From Candidatus Marinacidobacterales bacterium (GTDB taxonomy: Bacteria > Acidobacteriota > Vicinamibacteria > Marinacidobacterales > DATDRI01), in contig CBDCNP010000002.1 of NCBI GenBank assembly GCA_965219415.1, positions 3,360,001 to 3,424,000 on the forward strand: DNA of 64,000 bases. Direction: 5' to 3'. The notes beneath the pieces were generated by a model that was not told where the DNA came from, did not search any database, and saw only the letters and a list, made by a program, of their open reading frames with translations. Below, one piece after another: positions 31,085-40,984 of this stretch (within the stretch, counting starts at the first letter, position 1; every line of letters begins with the position of its first letter). The position numbers were made by a program, and so were the translations under genes.

Positions 31085-31257
31085 CTCTTCTTGGTGACGG
31101 TGACGGTAAGGTGGACCGCTTCGACGGACATTTCAAAGCGATAGCCGGAAGGGAGCTCTTGGCCGTCGCTAGCCCTGGTATCCTCGCTCTGAGCAAAGGC
31201 GCTGGGGACGGTGACCGTCCCAATGAGCCAGAGCGAGAGCCACAGTGAGCGATGCAT
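31085..31257 (-). pseudogene. Remnant of acidobacterial VWA-domain protein (signal peptide and first strand only)
   Basis: MHRSLWLS..AQ..YRFEMSVEAVHLTVTVTKK then loss of family-like sequence. Confidence 0.5.
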
Positions 31258-31431
31258 CAGCCACCAATAAAGCAAAAGCTTTGCCATCCGTCCCCCTCCC
31301 GTCATTCGTCATAACAGGCCCATATCGGCCCGGCACGAGCCCATCGGGGTGCGAAACCCCCATTCCACCCAGCGAAAGATTTACTCGCCGAATGTAAGTC
31401 TTACTCGAAAAACGGATGGTCGTCGACGAAC

Positions 31432-31737
31432 TTAGCGGTCCGAGAAATGGAACCGCTCCATGTCCTTGGGCTGGTAGCCGGCGCCTGGATGATCCGGCGC
31501 CTTCGTGCTCAGCAGCCAAATGAAGTGGGCAAGTACGACGCCAAGCACGATGGTGAGAAGGAAGACGAGAGTCCCCATTCGGCTAGCTCGAAACGTAGAA
31601 TGAAGTCGCCGGCCGCCGCATAGGGGGCAGCGATACGGCCGCACGAAAGGAAACGGAGCCAGCAGAACGCGCTCCGCGAAACCACGTCGGCGCGACCTCG
31701 CCACAGGTACGCGACAATCCGAACAGCTAGCCGGCAT
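31432..31737 (-). CDS. Small Zn-ribbon membrane protein
   Basis: CSDC...RSRRRG..E......PYRCPLCGGR followed by a TM helix. Confidence 0.65.
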   Translation of the reverse strand: MPASCSDCRVPVARSRRRGFAERVLLAPFPFVRPYRCPLCGGRRLHSTFRASRMGTLVFLLTIVLGVVLAHFIWLLSTKAPDHPGAGYQPKDMERFHFSDR

Positions 31738-32651
31738 AAGTGTCCTCGCTTGGATCGTAGCGCCCCTCCAACCCCGCAACCAGATACCGCCAACGCGAGT
31801 AGAAGCAAAACTGTAACTGGTTATCGTAAACCGCGGCGTCCTCGCTGCTCCGTTCACCCGCGAGGGCCGAGCTAATCTCCGCCTCCTGCTCGGCACGGGA
31901 AAGCACGACCGGTTCCCCATCGAACCCGCGATCGATCACGACATGGGGTGCCCTTTCTTTGATCTTGTCCAGCAGTCGCCGGCAATTTAGCGGCGTCGAC
32001 GAAGACTGCTCACTCCCCAAGAGGCTCCAATCGAACTGCTCCGGATCCAATTCGTAGACGGCGGCCGCTTTCTTGGGGAAGAAGTGGAGCCGCAACCCTG
32101 GTGTCAGAGAATGGTTCGTCCCCTGAATCGTTCCGAGACCCCGCTCGCGGTGCCGTTCCCTGGCGATATCTCCTCGAACTAAGAACGCCAAGTCTCGGTA
32201 GCGTGTGACTTGAAGCTTGCCCCCTGCCAGGCCGGGGTGCAGCTCTTCTTCCATGAACGCCATGTTTCGGACGGGCACAATTTCAATGGAAATCACATCG
32301 GCTTCGGCAAGCGTAAAATGAGCGATCCGTGCCGACGCCAAACGCGCAGAAAGGTCCGCCGCCTCAAGTAACCGTTTCTACCTTGCGCAGCAACCGCGGC
32401 CTCTCGATCTGAAGGGCGAGCCGGGCATCATACGGATCCATACCCGCCGCTTCGGCAAAAGTCTCCACCCGGCCATCTACTCCTTCCGACTGCGGAGCCA
32501 ATACAATGAGATGCCGGTTCGCCGAAGACTCGAGAGCCGCTTCCGGCGGCGGCTTCTCCATTGGGACCCCTTCGAGCGTCTCCCAACAATAAATGCATTT
32601 CGTTGCCCGCTCCGAGTTGGGGCGCTCGCAGGCCGGGCACGCTATGGGCAT
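31727..32651 (-). pseudogene. Zn-ribbon hypothetical protein, split near 32350
   Basis: CPAC..N...CIYC N-terminus; second ORF 31727-32341 follows on the same strand. Confidence 0.5.
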
Positions 32652-32821
32652 GTAGGTGGGCTATCGCTACGAAAAAAGAAAAGCACGGCGCGTTATGTCG
32701 TTTTACCATAGCACCTTCTGCGTGACATCCGATGGCCGGCAGCGCGAAACCGCCGCTTGCACGTAGATACTAGGCACACTAAGATTTCCGACGTCGTCCC
32801 GGAAGGGGCTGGAGGGCACAC

Positions 32822-33901
32822 ATGACCCGTATCAATTCTAATCATTACTCTCGCCGGGAGTTCTCAAGGTTGCTCCTGGGAACTGCCACCGCGGGTCTCG
32901 TGTCCAGCCGCCCGGAGCTCGCGGCTCCTACGACGGCTTCTCCAATAACGAGGACTCAATCGAATCGACCTTTCGTCATGGACGTCCACATTCATATGGC
33001 GCAGCCCGGCAACCGCCCACGGAGCGAGGTCTTGGCTGAGCTCTACCGACCCTGGAAGTACGTCTACGGAGCGGATGGCGAATGGATACCAAAGCCGACC
33101 GACCTCACGCCCACCGCCAGGGACTTGATCGAGGTGATGGATCGAGGAGGCATCGACGTGGCGGTGGTGATGCCGAGTGATCACGGGAGGGTAGCCAAGA
33201 TCGAAGGGCACTGGATACCCCCCACTTCGAATGACTACATCGCGGAACAGGTACGCCAGTTTCCGGAACGTCTTATCGGCATTTGCGGCCACGATCCTCT
33301 ACGCGAGCACTGGAAGGCTCCCCGCGAGCTGGAGCGCATGGTGAAGGAACACGGCTTCCGGGGCATGAAGCTATACCCCCCCTACGATCACTTCGACCCC
33401 GGGGACGAGCGGCTCTTTCCGCTTTACGAAAAAGCGATCGAGCTCGACGTCGTTTTGACATTTCACACCGGCTGGACGCCTTGGGTCAACGCTCCGATCA
33501 AGTTCGGTAAACCCGAGCTCGTCGATCCGGTGGGCGCTCGCTACCCAGAGCTCAAGGTCAACCTGGCGCACATCGGTGGAGTTTCGTGGTGGCGGGAAGC
33601 GGTTCTGGTGACCGCGCGTCACAAGAATTTCACGATGGATGTGTCCTCTTGGTGCACCTACCCCCCTTCTGACTTGGTGGCGATGCTCAATCTCGCCCGC
33701 GATTTGGTGGGGCTGGACCGAGTACTATTCGGCAGCGAGCATACCCTGTGCGATCCCGGCATCTTCGTCGCCGAGATCCAGAACATAAATCTCTTTGCGG
33801 AACGCTATCATTTCCTTCCCTTCGAAGATCGGGACATACGGAAGATCTTGGGCGAGAACGCCGCTCGCGTCTACGGAATAGAAGCTAAGAAGAAGATGTG
33901 A
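32822..33901 (+). CDS. Amidohydrolase_2 family protein with Tat signal
   Basis: SRREF Tat motif; DVHIH, GMKLYP, FHTG, AHIG, LFGSE. Confidence 0.9.
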   Translation: MTRINSNHYSRREFSRLLLGTATAGLVSSRPELAAPTTASPITRTQSNRPFVMDVHIHMAQPGNRPRSEVLAELYRPWKYVYGADGEWIPKPTDLTPTARDLIEVMDRGGIDVAVVMPSDHGRVAKIEGHWIPPTSNDYIAEQVRQFPERLIGICGHDPLREHWKAPRELERMVKEHGFRGMKLYPPYDHFDPGDERLFPLYEKAIELDVVLTFHTGWTPWVNAPIKFGKPELVDPVGARYPELKVNLAHIGGVSWWREAVLVTARHKNFTMDVSSWCTYPPSDLVAMLNLARDLVGLDRVLFGSEHTLCDPGIFVAEIQNINLFAERYHFLPFEDRDIRKILGENAARVYGIEAKKKM

Positions 33902-33919
33902 TGGCTCTCGAGCGAGCCC

Positions 33920-34444
33920 TTACGAACCGTCCGCCTCGTTGGAGGCCGGATCCGGTCGCAGGGCGGACGTGTGATCGTGAACCAACACCCAACGATCGCC
34001 CCGAAGATGGAATACGTAGGTGGCGCGAGAAGTACGCTCTGCCCTTACGCCGTTTCTCGTCGAGTCGTGATCGTAGATGAAAGTGACGATCCCTACGTCA
34101 CCATAGACCTGGATTTTCCAATCTCTTTCTTCCCAGCGATGGGTCGTCTTGTTCGCTGCCGCCCGCCGAAGGCTTTCGATCATCTTCTCCCCGCCGTCCT
34201 CACGGGGGCCGCCCCCGGGGCCGAAGACGGTCACGTCCGCCGCGATGTGGGGAACGAACGGATCGATTCGATTCGCCACGAAATTCTCGTTGACGACGAC
34301 TTCCGACACTTCGCGCAGCTCTTTTTCCGCGGACGCCAGGTCTGGCGTTGAGGCTTCCTCCCTATCCGGGTTGTCCGCACAACCCATAGCCGTTACTGCG
34401 AGCACGAAACATGAGCTCAGTATCAACACTCTCAGATTTGGCAT
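33920..34444 (-). CDS. NTF2/SnoaL-like (DUF4440) lipoprotein
   Basis: Lipobox-like AMGC; VYGDVGIVT, RATYVF, WVLVHDHTS. Confidence 0.8.
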   Translation of the reverse strand: MPNLRVLILSSCFVLAVTAMGCADNPDREEASTPDLASAEKELREVSEVVVNENFVANRIDPFVPHIAADVTVFGPGGGPREDGGEKMIESLRRAAANKTTHRWEERDWKIQVYGDVGIVTFIYDHDSTRNGVRAERTSRATYVFHLRGDRWVLVHDHTSALRPDPASNEADGS

Positions 34445-34483
34445 GAGCCCCCCTCCTAGTAATAGAAGATAGAAACCTAGTGC

Positions 34484-36010
34484 CTAGCCGACGGATACTT
34501 GTCCGACGTCCGCCGCCACCTTGCGCTTGGCCATATCGACCGCTTTGTCGGCGGCTACAAGCGCCCAGCCGAATTCGGAAATCGTGCCCTGACTGTCGGC
34601 GTTCGCGAAGAAGACCCGATCCAATGGCCGAGACGCCCTTGGTTGATACTCGGTCATCATGCGCGGAATCGGAATGTACCAATTATGTCCTCGACGCCAG
34701 ATTCGCACCTCTGCGATCTTGCTTCGACTGCCGGGAAAGATCGACTCGAAGTAATCGGCAACTTCCTGCGCGTAACTTTCCACGAACGCGTCGTGCTCGA
34801 GCTGGGTTCGCACCGAGGCTCGCATGGGCATCTCGCAGCGAAGAAGTTGCTTGTCGGGCTTGGTACTGGCGTCGCGGAAGTTCGCGATCGGAGCCTTGAT
34901 GGTCCGGGCGGTCGTTAAACCGGACGTGATGTTGCCATCGATGGCGACTGCGCCAACCAAGAAGGGAGCGTACTGCATCGCTTTCATCGCTTCTTTTTGA
35001 TCCTCTGGGAGATCGGCAACGATGTATTGGGCGATGAACTTCGGCGCCGCCACGATCGCAGCTTTCGCTCGAATGGTAACCGGCTCGCCACCCAGCAGGT
35101 AGCTCACGTTCACGCCGGTACCATCCTGAGCAACGCGATAGACCGTCGCACCCGTTACCAGGCGATCGCTGCCCGCCTCTTGAATCTTTTCCGCCACTCT
35201 CAGCGCCGCCGCACTGAGGCCTCCGGGAAACGTGTAGCTGCCACCCTTGGACGATCCTTCCGGATAGAGGACCCCCAAACCAGCACCCATCTGACTCCGG
35301 GCAAGATAGAGTCCCACATATCCGGAGTACTCGTCGGTCGGCGCGGCGAACCAAGCCAGCAACGCGTCGAACCAAGCTTTGACCTCCGGTGGATAGGTGC
35401 GCAAGAGCTCCGAGAAACGCATCTTGTCGAGCTTGCCCTTCTCCGCCTCGGCGTCGATGGCGAACAAGTCGCTCTTGGCCTGGCGCAAACTACGCTCGAT
35501 CGATGGCGGAAAGAGCCTTTTCAACCCGCTCCCCCAAAGATCCTCGATGAACTCCCCATCGACGATGGTGGCGCGCTTCGAGCGGACCCGCGTTTGGAGG
35601 GTCAGGCCGACTTCCTCATACAGAGCGGTGGCCGGGGACTCCGCATACGTAACGATGGCGCCCGCCGCATATGGCATCCCTCGCCAACTGTCCGCACGCG
35701 CGTTGCCTCCCGGTATGGGCTCCTTTTCGAGCACGATGACATCTCGATCGCGCAGCCGATAACCGGCGACCAAACCACTCGGACCTCCACCGACGACCGC
35801 GAACTCCACGTGCCGGGAGACCGGGGCAACGGGAATGGACTCGCCGTCCCGCACGCGATGACAGGTCGCAAAGTCCTCACTCGCCACATGAGAAGAAACG
35901 TCTTTATGGGCAGTCGACTGACCCGCTAGCGAGTGGGTGCTCCGACAATAGGTGGCGGCAGCGCTGCCGAGCAAAACGGTTTGCACGAAACGGCGGCGAG
36001 AGACGTCCAT
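34484..36010 (-). CDS. Tat-exported FAD-dependent oxidoreductase (amine-oxidase-like)
   Basis: SRRRFV; VVGGGPSGL, LEKE..PGGNA. Confidence 0.85.
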   Translation of the reverse strand: MDVSRRRFVQTVLLGSAAATYCRSTHSLAGQSTAHKDVSSHVASEDFATCHRVRDGESIPVAPVSRHVEFAVVGGGPSGLVAGYRLRDRDVIVLEKEPIPGGNARADSWRGMPYAAGAIVTYAESPATALYEEVGLTLQTRVRSKRATIVDGEFIEDLWGSGLKRLFPPSIERSLRQAKSDLFAIDAEAEKGKLDKMRFSELLRTYPPEVKAWFDALLAWFAAPTDEYSGYVGLYLARSQMGAGLGVLYPEGSSKGGSYTFPGGLSAAALRVAEKIQEAGSDRLVTGATVYRVAQDGTGVNVSYLLGGEPVTIRAKAAIVAAPKFIAQYIVADLPEDQKEAMKAMQYAPFLVGAVAIDGNITSGLTTARTIKAPIANFRDASTKPDKQLLRCEMPMRASVRTQLEHDAFVESYAQEVADYFESIFPGSRSKIAEVRIWRRGHNWYIPIPRMMTEYQPRASRPLDRVFFANADSQGTISEFGWALVAADKAVDMAKRKVAADVGQVSVG

Positions 36011-36084
36011 GCCGATTTCTCCCTCTTTGATTGGCCGGCAGCATACTACATTTGCCTCCGCAACGCTGTGCTATATTCCGTGGC

Positions 36085-37605
36085 ATGTCAATCGTCAGAC
36101 CGCTGTTGCTGCTGGTTTTTGCAACCTCGAGCTTCACCGCCGAGATCGATCCGGCCACACTCCGGAGCGACGTCGAGTCTTACGTACAAGTCCATCAGAA
36201 AAAGATCCTCGCCGAGCTGGTGGAGATCCTCTCCATACCCGATCTCGCCGCCGACTCCCGAAGTATGCGTCGCAAGGCGGAGAAGCTTCGTCAAATGTTG
36301 GCGGCGCGAAGCCTGTCTGCCGAGTTGCTCGAGACGGGAGGCAACCCGCTCGTCTACGGTGAGCTGACTGTTCCGGGCGCCCACCGCACCATCCTTCTTT
36401 ATTTTCACTACGATGGACAGCCGGTAGATCCGGCAAAGTGGAAGCAGGAAGACCCTTTTCGACCGATACTCAGAGACGGCAAGTTCGAGGACGGTGGACG
36501 CGAAATCGATCTCGAGGCTCTCGACCGTTTCGAGCGAGACTGGAGAATATACGCACGCTCCGCCTCCGACGACACCTCCCCGATCGTGGCCGTTCTCGCG
36601 GCCCTCGATGCGATCCGCTCCCTGGGCGCCCAACCAAGCTCGAACCTGCGCATCATTTTAGATGGCGAGGAGGAAGCGGGATCACCGAACCTCATCCCCG
36701 CAATCGGCAAGTACCAGGACAAGCTGCAAGCCGATCTCATGTTGATCTTGGATGGACCGATGCATCCTTCTGGTCGACCCACCCTCGTCTTCGGCGCTCG
36801 TGGCATCTTGAGTCTCGAGTTGACCGTCTACGGCCCCCGGTTTCCCCTTCACAGCGGACACTACGGGAACTGGGCTCCCAACCCCGCCATGGGTTTGGCG
36901 CGGTTGTTGGCGTCGATGAAAGACGGAAAGGGACGAGTCGTCATCGAGGGTTTCTACGATGGGATTCATCTAACCGAGGAAGAGCGCCAGGTTTTGGAGT
37001 CGGTGCCGGACGATCACGAAACGTTGATGGATCTCTTCGGCTTCTCGGAACCTGACGCGGTAGGCGCCTCCTTGCAAGAAGCGATTCAGTATCCTTCCCT
37101 CAATGTTCGCGGAATGAGGAGCGCGTGGGTCGGCGATGAGGCGAGGACGATTATCCCCGACCGCGCGGTGGCCGCTATCGATATCCGACTGGTCGCGGAA
37201 ACGAAAGGCCAGGACCTCTACGAAAAAACCCTCACCCACATTCGTGGACAGGGTTACCACGTCGTGGACGAAGACCCGGACGATGCGACGCGGGCGCGAC
37301 ACTCTCGGATCGTAAGAGTGAGGTGGTCCGCCGAAGAGGCCTTCCGGACGCCGGTCACCCACCCCCAGGCAGGCAATCTCATCGCTGCTTTGGCCGGTGT
37401 TTGGGGGAAAGAGCCGGTGGTTATCCGGACCATGGGTGGCACCGTTCCCATCAGCCCATTCATTCAGGCACTCGGGTTTCCGGCGGTGGTGGTTCCGGTG
37501 GTGAACTTCGACAACAACCAGCACAGCCCGAACGAGAACCTTCGTTTGGGACACTTCTTCGACGCTGTCGTCACCTTCGCCGCGCTCCTGACGCTAGAGC
37601 GGTAG
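36085..37605 (+). CDS. M20 family metallopeptidase, secreted
   Basis: HYDGQPV, ARSASDD, DGEEEAGS, LHSGHYGN, NNQHSPNENL. Confidence 0.9.
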   Translation: MSIVRPLLLLVFATSSFTAEIDPATLRSDVESYVQVHQKKILAELVEILSIPDLAADSRSMRRKAEKLRQMLAARSLSAELLETGGNPLVYGELTVPGAHRTILLYFHYDGQPVDPAKWKQEDPFRPILRDGKFEDGGREIDLEALDRFERDWRIYARSASDDTSPIVAVLAALDAIRSLGAQPSSNLRIILDGEEEAGSPNLIPAIGKYQDKLQADLMLILDGPMHPSGRPTLVFGARGILSLELTVYGPRFPLHSGHYGNWAPNPAMGLARLLASMKDGKGRVVIEGFYDGIHLTEEERQVLESVPDDHETLMDLFGFSEPDAVGASLQEAIQYPSLNVRGMRSAWVGDEARTIIPDRAVAAIDIRLVAETKGQDLYEKTLTHIRGQGYHVVDEDPDDATRARHSRIVRVRWSAEEAFRTPVTHPQAGNLIAALAGVWGKEPVVIRTMGGTVPISPFIQALGFPAVVVPVVNFDNNQHSPNENLRLGHFFDAVVTFAALLTLER

Positions 37606-37781
37606 GCATCCGAATCGCGACCGGCAACTCCTTGTCGCCAGGTGGGACCTCGTGGTAGTATCCTCTTTAACCGCCGCGGTTTAATGAACCGCCGGGTGCC
37701 TGGCGTCACTGAACGATCGGTTGTAACTCATCGCCGGACACTCGTTTTGACCCTGGCCCAAGCTTCTCGAGAAACGGAAGT

Positions 37782-38928
37782 ATGCAGAAGAAGCAAATAG
37801 GCAAGTACACCGTCGTCGGAAAGGTCGGCGAGGGTGCGATGGGTGAAGTCTTCAAGGCACACGATCCGGTTCTCAACCGGTTCGTCGCCATCAAAACCAT
37901 CGTCTCTAGCCTCGACACGCAAGACGACCTCCGCCAGCGCTTCCAACGAGAGGCGCAAGCCGCCGCGCAGCTCAATCATCCCAACATCGTCGCCGTCTAC
38001 GATTTCGGGGAAGACAAAGGCAAAATCTTTATGGCGATGGAGCTGCTCGAGGGTACCGATCTCCGCGAGATCATTCGCTAAAAAGTCGCTCACCCTCAAC
38101 GAGAAGCTTCGCATGATGGAGCAGGTGTGCACCGGGCTCAGCTTCGCTCACGAGAAGGAAATCGTCCACCGCGACCTCAAGCCAGGGAACATCCATGTCT
38201 TGCCCAACGGGCAGGTCAAGATCATGGACTTCGGCCTGGCACGGCTCGCGTCTCCCGAAATGACCAAGACCGGCTTGATCCTGGGCACTCCCAATTATAT
38301 GTCTCCGGAGCAGGTGCAGGCGAAGCGTGTAGACGTGCGCTCGGACATCTTTTCCTTGGGTGCGGTGTTCTACGAGTTGATGAGCTACCAAAAACCCTTC
38401 AGCGCCGAGTCCATCCACGCCACCATGTTCAAAGTGGTCCAATGTGAGGGCCAGCCGCTCGACGAGTTGGTTCCCAGCCTGCCACGACCTTTCATTGAAG
38501 TCGTGGACAAAGCGCTGCAAAAAGAACCCGGCGATCGGTTTCAGAACGCCGGCGAAATCGCCCGGGCCCTCCAGGCTCTGCGTCAGGAGCTGGGCGGATC
38601 CTCCGAAGGTGTGGCGAGCCAATGGGAGACGGTGCTTCAGGAGACCGTCGTCGCTGACCCTGCTCAACTGAATCAACCCTCGCCTTCCCGTGTCTCCTCG
38701 GTGGCCTCTCGCGCATCTCTAGCATCGCGAGCACCGGCAGCCCGTGAAGGCTCCGGGTCGGGCGCATAGATTGGTTCGGGCTCACGGCAAAGCCTTGGCA
38801 CTCTCCGGGAAGCGCAGCTCGCCCGCTCCCAGGCCCGAGGTGGGAACACCACCTGGTACGTCGGCGGCGCTTTGGCTCTCGCCGTCATCGGCGCGGTCGG
38901 GTATTTCGCCCTGCGTGGAGAAAGCTAG
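37782..38928 (+). pseudogene. Hanks-type Ser/Thr kinase with frameshift near 38080 and in-frame TAG at 38767
   Basis: GEGAMGEV, VAIK, HRDLKPGN, DFGLA, GTPNYMSPEQ; TM helix lies after the TAG. Confidence 0.85.
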
Positions 38929-38997
38929 GGCCGTCCTGTACTAGATGGCGGGCCGTTAGACGGCGAGCCAGACGCCGTTTTCCGCTACAATCTCACT

Positions 38998-40053
38998 ATG
39001 TCCTCCATCTGGCCAGGCTTGATCGCGCGGTACGGAGATTGGCTTGAGATCTCCACCGATGCGAAGCCAGTCACACTGCTCGAGGGAAACACTCCGCTCA
39101 TTCCCCTTCCCCGACTCGCATCCGAGCTCGGTGCGGAAGCCGTCTACTTGAAGTACGAGGGCCTCAACCCCACTGGCTCGTTCAAAGATCGAGGTATGAC
39201 GGTAGCGATCACGGATGCCGCACACCGTGGCGCTCAAGCCGTGATCTGTGCCAGCACCGGAAATACCGCGGCGAGCGCTGCCGCCTACGCGGCGAGAGCG
39301 GGACTCCGCTGTTTCGTGGTCGTTCCCGAAGCCAACGTGGCCGCCGGAAAGTTGGCCGGTGCGCTGGCCCATCGCGCCGAGATCGTGCAGCTTCAGGCGT
39401 CTTTCGACCAAGCGCTCGACCTGGTGCGGACCGCTTCGGAGCGATTACCCCTGGCTCTCGTCAATTCGCTCAACCCGTACCGCATTGAAGGACAGAAAAC
39501 GGTCGCCTTCGAGATCATCGAAGCCTTGGGGCGCGCACCCGATTGGATGGCTCTTCCCGTCGGCAATGCCGGAAACATCACGGCGGCGTGGAAGGGCTTC
39601 CTCCAACACCACGAATTGCACGGTACCGACAGACCGAAACTGCTCGGCGTGCAGGCCGCGGGTGCGGCACCCCTCGTTCTCGGCCATCCGGTGGACGATC
39701 CCTCGACGGTGGCGACGGCGATCCGAATCGGACGACCGGCTCGCGGCGAAGAAGCTCTCTCCGCAGCAGAGGAATCCGGTGGGCGTATCATCGCTTGTCC
39801 TGACGAAACGATCCTCGCCGCACAAGAACGACTCGCCTCCTCTGGTATTTGGGTCGAACCGGCGTCGGCTGCGGGAGTCGCCGGCCTCGTCCAAGAAACT
39901 TCCGCGCGGCGTCTCGACGTTACGGGCCAGACGATCGTATGTATTGCTACCGGACACGGGCTCAAAGACCCCGGCATCGTCACCAATCGCTATCCTATGC
40001 CACCGACTATCCCCGCTGACTTCGCCGCCCTCGAAAAGAAACTCAGTTCATGA
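38998..40053 (+). CDS. thrC: Threonine synthase
   Basis: EGNTPL, NPTGSFKDRG, ASTGNT, PVGNAGN; coupled to thrB. Confidence 0.95.
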   Translation: MSSIWPGLIARYGDWLEISTDAKPVTLLEGNTPLIPLPRLASELGAEAVYLKYEGLNPTGSFKDRGMTVAITDAAHRGAQAVICASTGNTAASAAAYAARAGLRCFVVVPEANVAAGKLAGALAHRAEIVQLQASFDQALDLVRTASERLPLALVNSLNPYRIEGQKTVAFEIIEALGRAPDWMALPVGNAGNITAAWKGFLQHHELHGTDRPKLLGVQAAGAAPLVLGHPVDDPSTVATAIRIGRPARGEEALSAAEESGGRIIACPDETILAAQERLASSGIWVEPASAAGVAGLVQETSARRLDVTGQTIVCIATGHGLKDPGIVTNRYPMPPTIPADFAALEKKLSS

Positions 40054-40976
40054 AGCCGGTCATCGCTAGTGCCCCCGCGTCCACGGCCAACCTAGGACCA
40101 GGATTCGATTGTCTGGGACTCGCGGTGAATCTTTGCAATACCGTCAAGATGAGCCCGGCGAAGGAGGGAGTGCGCGTCGAGATCGAAGGAGAAGGATCGG
40201 CGAGCCTGCCTCGAGGCGCCAGAAACTTGATGGTGCGCGCGGCTCGGAGGGTGTTCGATCTCGTCGGCAAAGCTCCGTCCGGAATCAGCTTGGAAGTAAC
40301 GAACCAGATCCCTTTGGGGTCGGGTCTCGGCTCATCGGCCGCCGCGGTGGTGGTAGGCATGGCCGCCGCCAATGCGATGAGCGGGGGGAAACTGAAGCAG
40401 GAAGATCTGTTGCAGTTGGCCTACAACATGGAGGGACACCCGGACAACGCTGCGGCGTCTCTTTTCGGTGGACTGAACCTGGTCAGCGTGGGTTCGGGCA
40501 CCGCGGTCGCTCGCCAAGTTCGGGTGGCGGACTTCAAGCTCATTGTCGCCCTGCCGCTGGTCAAGATCTCTACCAAGGAAATGCGGCGAGCGTTGCCGCG
40601 TCGCGTGCCGCTCAGAGACGCCGTTTTCAACGTAGGGCGGGCTCTGTTCACCGTCGAGGCGCTAAGAACCGGGGACTACGAACTGCTCGGGGTAGCGATG
40701 GTGGATCGACTGCACCAGAATTATCGCCTGAAGTTCATCCCCGGGGGAGAAGCGGCGATGTCCGCGGCGCGGAAGGCCGGCGCAGCAGCGGTTACGTTGT
40801 CCGGCTCGGGACCGGCCATTGTCGCCTTTGCACCCGATAGGCACGAGCGTATCGCGAGAGCGATGGCACGGACCTTCAAAGGCGCGGGGCTCAAGGTCAA
40901 AACATTCCTCCTCGACATCCATCGGCAGGGGACCCGGGTTCAGCCCTCAAAGGAGAGCGGCGCCCGACCCTCATGA
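40050..40976 (+). CDS. thrB: Homoserine kinase
   Basis: PASTANLGPGFD, GLGSSAA, EGHPDN, SGSGP. Confidence 0.95.
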   Translation: MKPVIASAPASTANLGPGFDCLGLAVNLCNTVKMSPAKEGVRVEIEGEGSASLPRGARNLMVRAARRVFDLVGKAPSGISLEVTNQIPLGSGLGSSAAAVVVGMAAANAMSGGKLKQEDLLQLAYNMEGHPDNAAASLFGGLNLVSVGSGTAVARQVRVADFKLIVALPLVKISTKEMRRALPRRVPLRDAVFNVGRALFTVEALRTGDYELLGVAMVDRLHQNYRLKFIPGGEAAMSAARKAGAAAVTLSGSGPAIVAFAPDRHERIARAMARTFKGAGLKVKTFLLDIHRQGTRVQPSKESGARPS

Positions 40977-40984
40977 TTCAGGCT

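Noticed and set aside
1694-36000. Long alternative-frame and antisense ORFs (e.g. most of 1694..2767, 17985..18872, 34997..35929)
   Set aside because: Typical high-GC shadow ORFs with no motifs; only ~1725-1826 of the first is real TamB sequence.
863-38769. Three in-frame TAG codons suggesting amber recoding or pyrrolysine
   Set aside because: TAG is the real stop of many genes here (592, 19946, 25583, 28080, 63031); an in-frame TAA also occurs; two of the three genes also carry frameshifts; no pyl genes are in the window.
38929-38997. Kinase frame continues in frame into thrC after a second TAG
   Set aside because: One-in-three coincidence; the segment looks like a promoter (TACAAT) rather than coding sequence.
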